From a virus, in IMG/VR virus record IMGVR_UViG_3300043399_000524, positions 75,308-139,307 of that record: a DNA stretch of 64,000 nt, one strand, 5' to 3'. The translations under genes and the position numbers were made by a program. The stretch's first letter is position 1. Each line of letters starts with the position of its first letter. The notes under the pieces were generated by a model. It saw nothing but the letters and a program-made list of their open reading frames with translations, searched no databases and was not told the origin of the DNA. Positions 48,804 to 58,103 of this stretch are shown piece after piece.

Positions 48804-50960
48804 ATGAATTTAAAAGAACTAGACTCCTTCAAAATTTCTGATGCTATTACTTTCCACGATAAGTTAAATCCTAAACTGTGGGCAGGTAATAAGTTGCGCC
48901 CTGAAGTTAAAAATCAACTAGAATCTATCGCAGAAGATTTTTTACAAGAAATGGGAATACATGATTTAGACGTTAGAGATATTACTATTTCTGGTTCTAA
49001 TGCAGCATACAGTTATAATAAACACAGTGATATTGACTTACATATTTTAGTCAACATGAATGATTTACCAAACAGTGACATTTATAAAGAGTTGTTTAAT
49101 GCCAAGAAAACAATATACAATGATTCACATGACATTACTATTCACGGTATTCCTGTAGAATTATATGTGGAAAATGCAGCAGAACCTGCAGTTACCTTAG
49201 GTGAGTACAGTATCAAAAATGACAAATGGTTACGAATTCCCACAAAACGCAGGGCAAATTTTGACCAAAAATCTACCAAGTTAAAATATGAGAAACTACT
49301 TGATATTGTTAAACGAGCATTAAAGTCTAAAGACTTAGATAAAATTCAAAAAGTTTTAAAGAAAATTAAACAATATAGACAAGCGGGATTAGATAAAGGC
49401 GGAGAGTTTGGTCCCGAAAATCTAGCATTCAAAGCATTGCGTAGTCAGGGCTGGATCACTAAATTATATGAATTACGTGATAAATTGCATAGCGAAAAGT
49501 TAAGCATTGAAAGCATGTATGCCAGCGAAGATTACAATCCAAATGGTCCACCACCTGGTCCTGAATTCAAACCAACTATGCCTAAGGGCACAGTCAAGGT
49601 AGACGTTAGTGACGTATATGATTGGTATAAACTAGGTCAACACATTAGCAATATGAAGGGCTTAGGGCAACATGACTTTGGTCAAGGACCACCTAGTACT
49701 ATATTATCTTTTGGTGATGAAGATACTGAACATCAATACATACAAGATTTAGAAAAAACAGGATTGACAACTACTGATGTTGACCCGCCCGCACATGATA
49801 AAATAAAAGGTCAAAAAACTGATCCAAGATTTAATGTCGAAGAAGCTAAAGTTCCTAATATTCGCCAACAAATAATTGATACTGTCAAAAAGTATGGTGG
49901 CGATATAAATGACTATTTTGTGCGATTCACAGATACCGATAAATTAGGATTCAGCGCAAAACAAGGGTTTGGTAAAACTCCAGATGTTGACAATCCTAAA
50001 TTTGATGTAGACTATATTGGTCAAGGTGAGGGTCGCAGAGCATTATGGTTTTATCCACTAAGTTATTATCTCAAGGACAAACGAGGTGTTTATGCCAGCG
50101 ATAATCCATATATTTGGTTAGTAAAATTAAAACCCAATGCATGGATGCAAACCGTTAAGCGTGGCGATAATAAAGTACAGCAAGCCCCTAAAGGTAAAGA
50201 GCGTGTGGGCATGTTAAGAATGAGTGATCCTCCCGCAGCTATCTTTTTTACATATGGATTTGACGTAGTTGGCCGCTATTATGACTATGCAGGGCAACAT
50301 AAAAGACACGGTGAAGTAAAAGGTCGTCCAGATCCTAGTTTCTTTGATAAAATCAGGGGTATTGACGAGGATTTTACAGGTCAGTACGCTAGTGAAAAAA
50401 CACCAGTTATAAGTCCATATGCAGGTGTTAAAGATAATCAATATCGTGGTGCAATATCAGAAAACTCAACATCAACGTTTGTCTATCATGTCACTCCCAC
50501 AAAGAATATAAAGTCAATAGCAAAGCAAGGTCTTACTCCGACAGTGGGTGATAGGGCAAGTCAAATTGCAGGTGAAAAATCTGGAATCTATGTATTCCCT
50601 GACAAAGTAAGCGCAGAAGATGCGGTTATGAATTGGTTAGGAGATGAATTCGATGACGAACCATTAACGATGCTAAAGATTGATATTTCTGGTTTAGAAA
50701 ACAACATCACTAAAGGTGCTGACTATGAATTGATAGTTGGTACTACAATTGAACCTAAACGAATCAAAAAAGTCAATATTCAATTAGAAGAAGCATCAGG
50801 TTATATACCCTCAGAAAAAGAAAAAAACGATCCTCGTTTTAAGACAGCATTAACAGTAGATATTAAGCCCTACACTATGAAGAAGGACGCTAAAAAGTTC
50901 GGAAACACAATAAGTCGTGCAGGTATACCCCCAACTCTCAAACCCTCAGGCAAATTCTGA
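48804..50960 (+). CDS. Multi-module protein: Pol-beta-type nucleotidyltransferase plus ADP-ribosyltransferase/Tpt1-like module
   Basis: ISGSNAAY...SDIDLH; later FVYHVTPTKNIKSIAKQGLTP...GIYVF...LKIDIS; xxE linkers. Confidence 0.7.
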   Translation: MNLKELDSFKISDAITFHDKLNPKLWAGNKLRPEVKNQLESIAEDFLQEMGIHDLDVRDITISGSNAAYSYNKHSDIDLHILVNMNDLPNSDIYKELFNAKKTIYNDSHDITIHGIPVELYVENAAEPAVTLGEYSIKNDKWLRIPTKRRANFDQKSTKLKYEKLLDIVKRALKSKDLDKIQKVLKKIKQYRQAGLDKGGEFGPENLAFKALRSQGWITKLYELRDKLHSEKLSIESMYASEDYNPNGPPPGPEFKPTMPKGTVKVDVSDVYDWYKLGQHISNMKGLGQHDFGQGPPSTILSFGDEDTEHQYIQDLEKTGLTTTDVDPPAHDKIKGQKTDPRFNVEEAKVPNIRQQIIDTVKKYGGDINDYFVRFTDTDKLGFSAKQGFGKTPDVDNPKFDVDYIGQGEGRRALWFYPLSYYLKDKRGVYASDNPYIWLVKLKPNAWMQTVKRGDNKVQQAPKGKERVGMLRMSDPPAAIFFTYGFDVVGRYYDYAGQHKRHGEVKGRPDPSFFDKIRGIDEDFTGQYASEKTPVISPYAGVKDNQYRGAISENSTSTFVYHVTPTKNIKSIAKQGLTPTVGDRASQIAGEKSGIYVFPDKVSAEDAVMNWLGDEFDDEPLTMLKIDISGLENNITKGADYELIVGTTIEPKRIKKVNIQLEEASGYIPSEKEKNDPRFKTALTVDIKPYTMKKDAKKFGNTISRAGIPPTLKPSGKF

Positions 50961-51005
50961 TTAAACGGTATTTTGATAAATACTATATAAATTCGGAATT
51001 TAGCT

Positions 51006-51794
51006 ATGAAAATCAATCAAATCATCAGTGAAACTACAACAGCGGGAGCAGTCGCACCCGTAAGTCAAAGTTTTGTTAAAATGTCAAGTCGCAATCCTGT
51101 CGTAAGCAGCAAAAAGGGTAATAATCTGTTGACTGGAAAAGTGACTAATAAAAAGTACGCAAACAGCGTTAACGAAAGCAAAATGAAAGACCTTGTAATG
51201 GATCTAAAGTCAGGTCCAGATGGTTTGACAGATGAAGAATTCAAAAAGAAATATAACAAGAGTAAAGCTGAAATGCGTAAAGCAATGCGTGATTCTGACA
51301 AAGAAATGAAGCAACAAAAGCCAGAACCAGTCAGTGAAGCAGATTTACACGAAGAAGATAAAATTATTGCTGTTGGTAAAGGTAACAAACTAAAGCCCGG
51401 GTTATTAGATAAGCCAATAAATTCAATGAACCCTACTGATACTGTCAAAGTTGATGTTCCATTTTTAATCAGACTATTAGAATTCGCAAGAGAAGATGCT
51501 AGTTCTGATATGGATCTACATGACCTAGCAGAAAAGTTAGTTGACAGAGGTCGTCGTGGTAAGACATTAACCATGAAAGACTATGAGTATGTTGTTGACA
51601 AACCCCAAGTTGACGAGAAAGCTGTCAGCAAAGCACAGCAAAGATTCATGGGCATGGTTCATGCTGTTCAAAAAGGCGAAATGAAGGCTCCTAGCAAAGA
51701 AGTAAGCAAAGTAGCTAAAGGCATGAGTAAGAAAGCAGGACATGACTATGCTGCAACTAAGCACAAGGGTCTACCAGAAAAGGTCAAAAAATGA
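51006..51794 (+). CDS. Capsid-targeting-sequence-bearing multi-module protein
   Basis: MKINQIISE start; VNE/VSE/VDE-delimited short modules; late box at 50975. Confidence 0.6.
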   Translation: MKINQIISETTTAGAVAPVSQSFVKMSSRNPVVSSKKGNNLLTGKVTNKKYANSVNESKMKDLVMDLKSGPDGLTDEEFKKKYNKSKAEMRKAMRDSDKEMKQQKPEPVSEADLHEEDKIIAVGKGNKLKPGLLDKPINSMNPTDTVKVDVPFLIRLLEFAREDASSDMDLHDLAEKLVDRGRRGKTLTMKDYEYVVDKPQVDEKAVSKAQQRFMGMVHAVQKGEMKAPSKEVSKVAKGMSKKAGHDYAATKHKGLPEKVKK

Positions 51795-53626
51795 GCAACA
51801 TTTTCAAAGGACTAAACGAAGCTATTGATATCGGCAGTATGCAAGCCGAGTATAGAACTCGCAAGGCAGAGATTGAAAAGAATGCTGAACAATACTCTAA
51901 AAAGTATAGCATTCCTACTGACGACCAATATTTTGCTCAGAAAGTTATGCAAGCGCAGGATCGTGAAAAAGATCAAGCTAGATTAGCACAGCAAAAGCAA
52001 CAATCGGCTGCTGCACAACAACAAAGTGTTGCTGGTGATAAACAAAATATTGAAGCACTAAAGCAACAATTGCAAAAGTTAAAGGGTCAACTTGATCCCA
52101 ACTATCAACAAAGTGACGATTACACATTCGTTAGTCAACAACAAAGAATTGCAAATGCTATTCAAGGTTTAGAAAAGCGTATCAGTGCTGCCAATGTATC
52201 AGAAGAAACAATACATGTAGGTCACCGTAACTCAAAAGGTGACTGGGTAAAAACCAGCACACATAGTAACTATGCTGATGCAGAAGCTGCAATGAAAGAA
52301 TTAGAGAAGGCTGGTAAGAAAGGTGTTCAACATCGTTATGACAACAAGGGCAATATTGATCCTGGTGCCATGATGACCGCAAGACCAGATTCTGGAATGT
52401 TAGAAGCAGAACAAGATTTAGGTCCTAAATATCAATCAGCAGTGGCAGCATTGAAACAAATGGCTAAACAAGGTCCGCGTAAAACTGTTTGGGATCCTGT
52501 CAAGCGTGTGTACAAGACTGTTCCAGTTAATCCACCTAAGAAAGAAGAAGGTGTGTCGGAAGGATCATCTACAGGCAATTTACTCTCAAGATCGGGATTC
52601 AAAGAAATTAGAAAAATAAAACACGGTGCTGAGTATAGCAATGGGCGTCAAGCAGTTAGTATTCAAATTGATCCATCGGATCCCGATTGGATTAATTGGG
52701 CGTTAGGTGAAATACGAGGAAAAAGAATAGATTGGATTGAAAGTGGTAATGATGATAAGCAAGAAGCATTGCACATCATAAAGACATTCACTAAGCAAGG
52801 TGTGGCAGAAGAGAAATGCCCAGAGTGCGGTGGACCAATGTTCAGCGATTTGATGTTAGCTGAAAAGAAAGATGCTTGCTACAACAAAGTTCGCAGTCGC
52901 TACAAAGTATGGCCGTCGGCTTATGCGTCGGGTGCTTTAGTTCAGTGCCGTAAAAAAGGTGCTAGTAACTGGGGCAACAAGTCAGAAAGCATGGCGAAAG
53001 GCTCGGAAAATATTCTTCCAAGAGGAACAGCCGTAACAGTCCTTCATAAAGGTAAACAAGTACCTGGTAAAATTGTTAGATATGATGCTGGTAAAGGTGG
53101 GTATTCAAACGCTTATGTAGTTGACATTGGTGAATATGAATCTATATTTGTGCCGACTAATAAAATTCAGCAAGGTGTGGCGGAAGAACAACTAGACGAA
53201 AAGTGCTGGGACACTCACAAGCAAGTTGGAATGAAAAAGAAGGGTGACAAAATGGTACCTAACTGTGTTCCAAAAGAGAGCGCAGTATTAGAAGGACTAC
53301 TTGAGTCTAAAAATTTAGATGAAAATCTACGCAAGTGGTTCAAAGAGAAGTGGGTTCGTTTCGGTCCTGACGGTAAAATTCGTGGCGCTTGTGCTAGGGG
53401 TGATGACAGTGAGGGTAAACCAAAATGTTTGCCACAAGCTAAGGCACATAGTTTAGGTAAGAAGGGTCGTAAGTATGCGGCTAGTAAAAAGCGCAGAGAA
53501 GATCCTAATCCAGAACGCAAAGGCAAAGCAATTAATGTTGCTACTAAAAAGAAAACAGATGAAGCACAAAATCTTAAACAACAAGCTGCCATTGCTATTG
53601 CGAAGAAAAAGGTAGACAAAAAATGA
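51791..53626 (+). CDS. Multi-module putative internal head polyprotein
   Basis: MSNIFKGLNE start; modules separated by VSE, EGVSE, QGVAE (x2), LAE, LDE; several small Cys-containing modules. Confidence 0.65.
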   Translation: MSNIFKGLNEAIDIGSMQAEYRTRKAEIEKNAEQYSKKYSIPTDDQYFAQKVMQAQDREKDQARLAQQKQQSAAAQQQSVAGDKQNIEALKQQLQKLKGQLDPNYQQSDDYTFVSQQQRIANAIQGLEKRISAANVSEETIHVGHRNSKGDWVKTSTHSNYADAEAAMKELEKAGKKGVQHRYDNKGNIDPGAMMTARPDSGMLEAEQDLGPKYQSAVAALKQMAKQGPRKTVWDPVKRVYKTVPVNPPKKEEGVSEGSSTGNLLSRSGFKEIRKIKHGAEYSNGRQAVSIQIDPSDPDWINWALGEIRGKRIDWIESGNDDKQEALHIIKTFTKQGVAEEKCPECGGPMFSDLMLAEKKDACYNKVRSRYKVWPSAYASGALVQCRKKGASNWGNKSESMAKGSENILPRGTAVTVLHKGKQVPGKIVRYDAGKGGYSNAYVVDIGEYESIFVPTNKIQQGVAEEQLDEKCWDTHKQVGMKKKGDKMVPNCVPKESAVLEGLLESKNLDENLRKWFKEKWVRFGPDGKIRGACARGDDSEGKPKCLPQAKAHSLGKKGRKYAASKKRREDPNPERKGKAINVATKKKTDEAQNLKQQAAIAIAKKKVDKK

Positions 53627-53742
53627 AAGATTACACATTTACAGCACAGTGCAAAAGTGGTCAAGTAAAAACTTTTAATTTTAAAGCAGAAGGTTATCTC
53701 GCTGCAAGAAGAAAGTTGCAAGAGTTAATAGAGGCAAATTGA
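53623..53742 (+). CDS. Small hypothetical protein (39 aa)
   Basis: MKDYTFTAQCKSGQVKTFNFKAEGYLAARRKLQELIEAN; ATGA overlap with the upstream stop. Confidence 0.45.
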   Translation: MKDYTFTAQCKSGQVKTFNFKAEGYLAARRKLQELIEAN

Positions 53743-53795
53743 ATGGATCAAGTTTGGGAATTCTATTGGCAATACAAAGGCTGCCCTCCTAACAG

Positions 53796-54512
53796 ATGAA
53801 GCCAGTATTAGTCTTAGAACATCAATTGCCCGAACGTTTGGCATACTTAGGAACATGGTTAACTAATCATGGCATACCTTATGTAGTCTTTAACGCTGAT
53901 ATTGACAAATCGTTCCCAGATAGTATTGAACCCTATTCAGCACTAGCAGTAATGGGTGGTGGTATGAGTGCTAACGATCCTCTACACACTAACCGGCAAG
54001 CTGAAATACTTATACTACAAGCAATCCTTAATGACATCCCTGTTATAGGTCATTGCTTGGGCGGTCAACTAATGAGCAAAGCATTAGGTGGCAAAATATC
54101 GAGTTCTCCTAAGCCTGAAATAGGATGGCAACCAATCAAATATGTGAACGAAGCTGCAAAAGAATGGTTTGGTGACGATCCAACGGACACAGTGATACAT
54201 TGGCATTATGAAAGTTTTAGTATTCCTAAAGGTGCTACATTACTAGCAAGTAGTGATGCATGTCCTAATCAAGCATTTAGTATAGGCAAACATCTAGCTA
54301 TGCAATTTCACATAGAAATTGACGAAAACAAGACAAAATCTTGGGTAGAAGATGTTGATAGTAAATGGGATCAGGCTAAGCAGGACTATGATACAGTTCA
54401 AAATAAAGAAGAAATATTGAATGGAATAAACACGCACTTATCAAAGCATCAAGCTACCGCTAATTCTATCTATACCAAATGGCTTGAGACCACAGAATGG
54501 GCCGTCAAATAA
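53796..54512 (+). CDS. Type 1 glutamine amidotransferase (stand-alone)
   Basis: MGGGMS, GHCLGGQL (nucleophile Cys), QFHIE (His-x-Glu). Confidence 0.9.
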   Translation: MKPVLVLEHQLPERLAYLGTWLTNHGIPYVVFNADIDKSFPDSIEPYSALAVMGGGMSANDPLHTNRQAEILILQAILNDIPVIGHCLGGQLMSKALGGKISSSPKPEIGWQPIKYVNEAAKEWFGDDPTDTVIHWHYESFSIPKGATLLASSDACPNQAFSIGKHLAMQFHIEIDENKTKSWVEDVDSKWDQAKQDYDTVQNKEEILNGINTHLSKHQATANSIYTKWLETTEWAVK

Positions 54513-55205
54513 TTAATCTGATAATAGTTTCCAACCCATGTGCGTTTTTGTTCTACCATGAATCATATTACTTAAACCGGCCTCTAAAAGATTATATTTA
54601 ATCAATAATTCTTGTCTTGTACAAACTTCTATTCTTCCATCATTGTGTTGAAAAGTATAAATGGTATGTTTATAGTTTGATGCTAGTTTTCCAACTTGGA
54701 GGGCCCGTTTTCTTTTTCTATCCTGGGTATTTTGTGCCCTAATACATGCATCACGATGTTTTTGTTTAAATTCAAGATCCAGAAATTTTCTTTTTACCCC
54801 ATCACTATTTTTCTTTTTTATATCAGGACGATTTTGAATTTCAGATTGAACCTTTTTTGAAGCAGTACTTTTCTTTTGTTTTACTTCAGGGCGATTTTGA
54901 ATTTCAATAGTTGAGCCGCCATCTCCTGATTCAGGTTTTAAATTAGCCCATATCTTCTTGCCATTTTCATCTCTAGCATTTACAATATCCCAAAGTTCAC
55001 TATAATACAATCCCCAATATTTTAATTCTTCTTTAGTTTGACACTCTTTAAGAATTTCTGTGGTTACATCATAACCGTGTTTTTTGATATGAGGCATCCA
55101 ATATTCTCCTGAACCTTTATATTTGTATGGATCTTTAGAAATAGTCTTACCTAAATATTTCAGTCCAGTAACATTGTGAATCTTTATGTATAGATAAATA
55201 GTCAT
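54513..55205 (-). CDS. GIY-YIG-like (Seg-type) homing endonuclease
   Basis: MTIYLYIKIHNVTGLKYLGKT...Y.GSG; NLKPE.GDGG; C-terminal HTH ending GWKL; true start 55205, not 55304. Confidence 0.8.
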   Translation of the reverse strand: MTIYLYIKIHNVTGLKYLGKTISKDPYKYKGSGEYWMPHIKKHGYDVTTEILKECQTKEELKYWGLYYSELWDIVNARDENGKKIWANLKPESGDGGSTIEIQNRPEVKQKKSTASKKVQSEIQNRPDIKKKNSDGVKRKFLDLEFKQKHRDACIRAQNTQDRKRKRALQVGKLASNYKHTIYTFQHNDGRIEVCTRQELLIKYNLLEAGLSNMIHGRTKTHMGWKLLSD

Positions 55206-55284
55206 GCTGGTGCTTCCTTTCATTGATTCAAGCATTAGAGTAGTCGGGGAGGTCAGAGTCTCGTGGACTACACTTTTATTTATC
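55203..55284 (-). ncRNA. Conserved structured endonuclease leader, copy 2
   Basis: Minus strand: GATAAATAAAAGT GTAGTC CAC GAG ACTCTGAC CTC CCC GACTAC TCTAA TGCTT GAATCAATGAAAGG AAGCA CCAGC ATG. Confidence 0.75.
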
Positions 55285-55318
55285 ATATATTCAGATAAAT
55301 ACATGATTGAGGCATAAA

Positions 55319-55759
55319 ATGTTAGCAGATAATTTAAAAATATTACTTGGTTCTACTTTTGTAGAGTATACAAAAATTCACGGATTTCATTTCAATATAG
55401 AAGGATCTAATTTCCCGCAATATCATGAATTTTTAAACACTTATTACAATGAAGTTTTTGAAACTATCGATACAATTGGTGAATATATTAGGATATTAGG
55501 ATCGTATACTCCCGGTAATTTATCAAGAATGATGGAGTTGAGTGTAGTTCAAGATCAATTAAAAATACCAAGAGCAGAACTCATGTTTGTTGAATTATTG
55601 CAAGACACTGAGATTATGATAGAATTAGTTAAAACTATATTTAATGAAGCAACTCAGGTTGAAGAACAATCTATAGCCAATTTTATGGCAGAACTACAAG
55701 ACTTGTACGGTAAGAAAGCATGGTTTATTCGCAGCATACTAAAAAAAGATCGTGAATAA
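55319..55759 (+). CDS. dps: Dps-family ferritin-like protein
   Basis: TKIHGFHFNIEG.NF..YHEFL..YY......D.IGEYIR.LG; late box at 55294. Confidence 0.85.
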   Translation: MLADNLKILLGSTFVEYTKIHGFHFNIEGSNFPQYHEFLNTYYNEVFETIDTIGEYIRILGSYTPGNLSRMMELSVVQDQLKIPRAELMFVELLQDTEIMIELVKTIFNEATQVEEQSIANFMAELQDLYGKKAWFIRSILKKDRE

Positions 55760-55950
55760 TGAAAGCTAAAGAAATCTACAAAGGATTTAAAACTTACACA
55801 GCTAAGATTTTAGTAAAGAATCCTAACTATTCTGTTCACATGGATGCGATTGTGTATGCCAAAGATGTTACACAGGCTCGCCAACTTATAAAGTTGCAGT
55901 ACAATGTAGATGACGGAAGAATCGGTACAATAAAAGAAATAAAACAATGA
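55759..55950 (+). CDS. Small hypothetical protein
   Basis: 63 aa, MKAKEI start, coupled on both sides. Confidence 0.6.
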   Translation: MKAKEIYKGFKTYTAKILVKNPNYSVHMDAIVYAKDVTQARQLIKLQYNVDDGRIGTIKEIKQ

Positions 55951-57287
55951 GAGCCAGTGAGTTTATCACAGAAGAAGCCAAAGCAATCAAAACTAAAGGC
56001 TTAACTTTAAAGTACGCATTCAATGACAGTGCGTTGCTTATGAAAGCGTTTGAACCTGTCACCAAAAGTCCATTAGCGTTCGTTAAGTTTGTAAAAGAAA
56101 AGAAAGAATTATATCCAGAGAATCTTTGGGTGCATGATGATTATCGTAGCCGCGGCATCGCAAAGACTATGTACGATACATTAAAGTCTGAAGGATATGT
56201 AATTAATAGAAGTCATGACCAGACCAAAGCAGGTAGTGGATTTTGGGATAAACATCGTGGTGAAGATGTGTATGTTTGGGAAGAAATAAATCCTGACATA
56301 AAAAATTATGATTTTAAGCATAAGCAAGAAATAGGTGATTATGTTTATACCGCAGAAGGTAGTCCTGCTGGACTTACTATTCGCTGTCTTGATAAAAAAG
56401 GGAATACAATAGGACGTGCCTCTTTTATGATTTATAAAAATCATTTAGAAAGCATGGATACTAAAGTAGCTTCAGAGTATCAAGGAAAGGGAATAGCCAG
56501 TACAATGTATGCTTATGCAAAAATGTTAGGTAATGATGTAAAGCCTAGCCCATATTTATTACCACCTGGTAAAAAAATGTGGGATGCTTGGAAAAAGTCC
56601 GGCGAGGCTAAACATATTATGCAGGCTAATGAAGAAGTACTTGACGAAATGCCTCTACCGGCAGACTGGGATCCTGCTCAATATCAACAAGGTACTACCT
56701 TCAAACAAAGATTAGCATACGCATTGGAAAGAGCAAAGAAATTAGGCACAGGATCAAGTCGTGTTGCTACAACCATTGAATATCAAGGTCGTCCTACAGT
56801 ATTAAAGATTGCTAAGAATCAAAAAGGTCTAGCACAGAACAGTGTTGAAGCAGACATATTAAGTGATGGATACGCAAGCCAATTAGGTATATTGATACCT
56901 ATCATTGACTATGATGAACAGAATCGTGAACCTACTTGGGTTCATACTGAAATGGCTACAAAGGCATCTGAGAAACAGTTGTGTAATATCATGGGTTGCG
57001 ATAATTTAGATCAATTAGTAAACATGGCTTGGGCTATTACTGGTAAGAAAACATATGTAGGTAACTATCAAAATTATGTAACCTTCTTACGCCAAAGAGG
57101 TAAGACGGACGAACAAATAGAAACAATGTCTGAATATGCTAACACATTAGCAGACTTAGCAACTTCATTTGATGTTGAACTGGGTGATTTTACTAGAGCA
57201 GCAAATTGGGGCATGTATAACGGTAAGCCAGTCATTATTGATGTTGGCTTCAATAGCAACGTTTTAAATCAGTATTACAAAAGATGA
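55947..57287 (+). CDS. GNAT-GNAT-protein-kinase-like multi-module protein with capsid-targeting-like N-terminus
   Basis: MRASEFITE; VHDDYRSRGIA and VASEYQGKGIA acetyl-CoA motifs; LGTGSSR, VLKIA, GDFTRAANWG, IIDVG kinase-like motifs. Confidence 0.75.
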   Translation: MRASEFITEEAKAIKTKGLTLKYAFNDSALLMKAFEPVTKSPLAFVKFVKEKKELYPENLWVHDDYRSRGIAKTMYDTLKSEGYVINRSHDQTKAGSGFWDKHRGEDVYVWEEINPDIKNYDFKHKQEIGDYVYTAEGSPAGLTIRCLDKKGNTIGRASFMIYKNHLESMDTKVASEYQGKGIASTMYAYAKMLGNDVKPSPYLLPPGKKMWDAWKKSGEAKHIMQANEEVLDEMPLPADWDPAQYQQGTTFKQRLAYALERAKKLGTGSSRVATTIEYQGRPTVLKIAKNQKGLAQNSVEADILSDGYASQLGILIPIIDYDEQNREPTWVHTEMATKASEKQLCNIMGCDNLDQLVNMAWAITGKKTYVGNYQNYVTFLRQRGKTDEQIETMSEYANTLADLATSFDVELGDFTRAANWGMYNGKPVIIDVGFNSNVLNQYYKR

Positions 57288-57343
57288 GAGCCACAGAATT
57301 TTTATCAGAACTATTTCAACCAGGAAAGAACACACTACCTTAG
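57284..57343 (+). other. 19-aa mini-ORF (MRATEFLSELFQPGKNTLP), possibly a truncated gene
   Basis: ATGA overlap with the upstream stop; N-terminus parallels MRASEFITE; ends at TAG inside a structured element. Confidence 0.55.
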
Positions 57344-57410
57344 GACCTTTGCGTTATAAAGTGTGAGCCGGGAACCCGGGCTTGAACATCAAATTCGCTA
57401 CTTGCTGTTC
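57331..57410 (+). ncRNA. Candidate structured RNA element
   Basis: CACA/TGTG plus CTTT/AAAG stems enclosing CTACCTTAGGAC; AGCC..GGCT GC-rich hairpin; GAACA/TGTTC hairpin with ATTCGCTAC loop. Confidence 0.4.
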
Positions 57411-58009
57411 TTAACAGGGTTCATTTTACATTTATCACCGTGCCATTGTAATATATTTGCGATGCCACCTTCAACCTTACAATGGATACAACACATTCTC
57501 CTTTTTGGTACACCTACTTGCCATAAAGAGTGATTTTTCTTATCCTCTTCTGACCATACCCATCCGCCTGTTGACCTACCCTTTAATACTTTTGGTTTTC
57601 TCACCTTACCTAATTTTAAATTAGATTCTTGTACTCCTTCACTTATTTTCTTTTTGTGTTCTTCGGTATGCGGTGTTATTTTGATACCCTTAACTCCGCC
57701 TCCTCTTAACCCATCTTCGGGTTTTAAATTAGCCCATTCGTTAGATTCTACAATGTTATTTTCAATGGAAAAATTTAAAGCAAATTCTTGTAGTTCTTTT
57801 TTGTTCGTGAATAGTTTGTACCATATCGTGTCAACTAATTTTCCGTGTTTTTCCAAATGCCTAGTCCAATAGGTGCCTGACCCTAAATATTTTATTGGAT
57901 TTTTACCGGTGGTTTTTCCAAAATATTTTAATCCAGTTATTTTATGTTGTTTTATGTATAAAAATGTTGGTTTGAAAACTCCATTCGGAGAATCGGAATA
58001 AATACTCAT
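57398..58009 (-). CDS. GIY-YIG-like homing endonuclease
   Basis: FKPTFLYIKQHKITGLKYFGKT...YLGSG; NLKPEDG; NUMOD3 HTEEHKKKIS; C-terminal CIHC...WHGDKCK. Confidence 0.8.
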   Translation of the reverse strand: MSIYSDSPNGVFKPTFLYIKQHKITGLKYFGKTTGKNPIKYLGSGTYWTRHLEKHGKLVDTIWYKLFTNKKELQEFALNFSIENNIVESNEWANLKPEDGLRGGGVKGIKITPHTEEHKKKISEGVQESNLKLGKVRKPKVLKGRSTGGWVWSEEDKKNHSLWQVGVPKRRMCCIHCKVEGGIANILQWHGDKCKMNPVKNSK

Positions 58010-58074
58010 GCTGGTGCTCCTTTATAGCATTAGAGTAGTTGGGCCGGCCAGCCGCGAACTACACTTTTATTTAG
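58007..58074 (-). ncRNA. Conserved structured endonuclease leader, copy 3
   Basis: Minus strand: CTAAATAAAAGT GTAGTT CGC GGCT GGCC GGCC C AACTAC TCTAA TGCT ATAAAGG AGCA CCAGC ATG. Confidence 0.75.
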
Positions 58075-58103
58075 TCCTAATAGGATATAATTTTGGAATA
58101 ACA

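Noticed and set aside
53743-53799. 18-aa ORF MDQVWEFYWQYKGCPPNR coupled to the GATase start
   Set aside because: Too short to support without homologs; no clear RBS
55206-55304. ORF-track N-terminal extensions (54513-55304, 58008-58541, 13520, 39648, 33800, 20177, 6342-7748)
   Set aside because: They run through promoters or leaders; downstream ATGs with a proper RBS or late box are the more plausible starts
57341-57385. Genome-wide TAG reassignment or simple readthrough of the mini-ORF
   Set aside because: Long genes translate intact in the standard code, and readthrough here hits TGA after 13 codons
57350-57400. tRNA-like TTCAAG on the minus strand
   Set aside because: No T-stem pairing, acceptor stem or anticodon arm could be built; no tRNA called anywhere in the window
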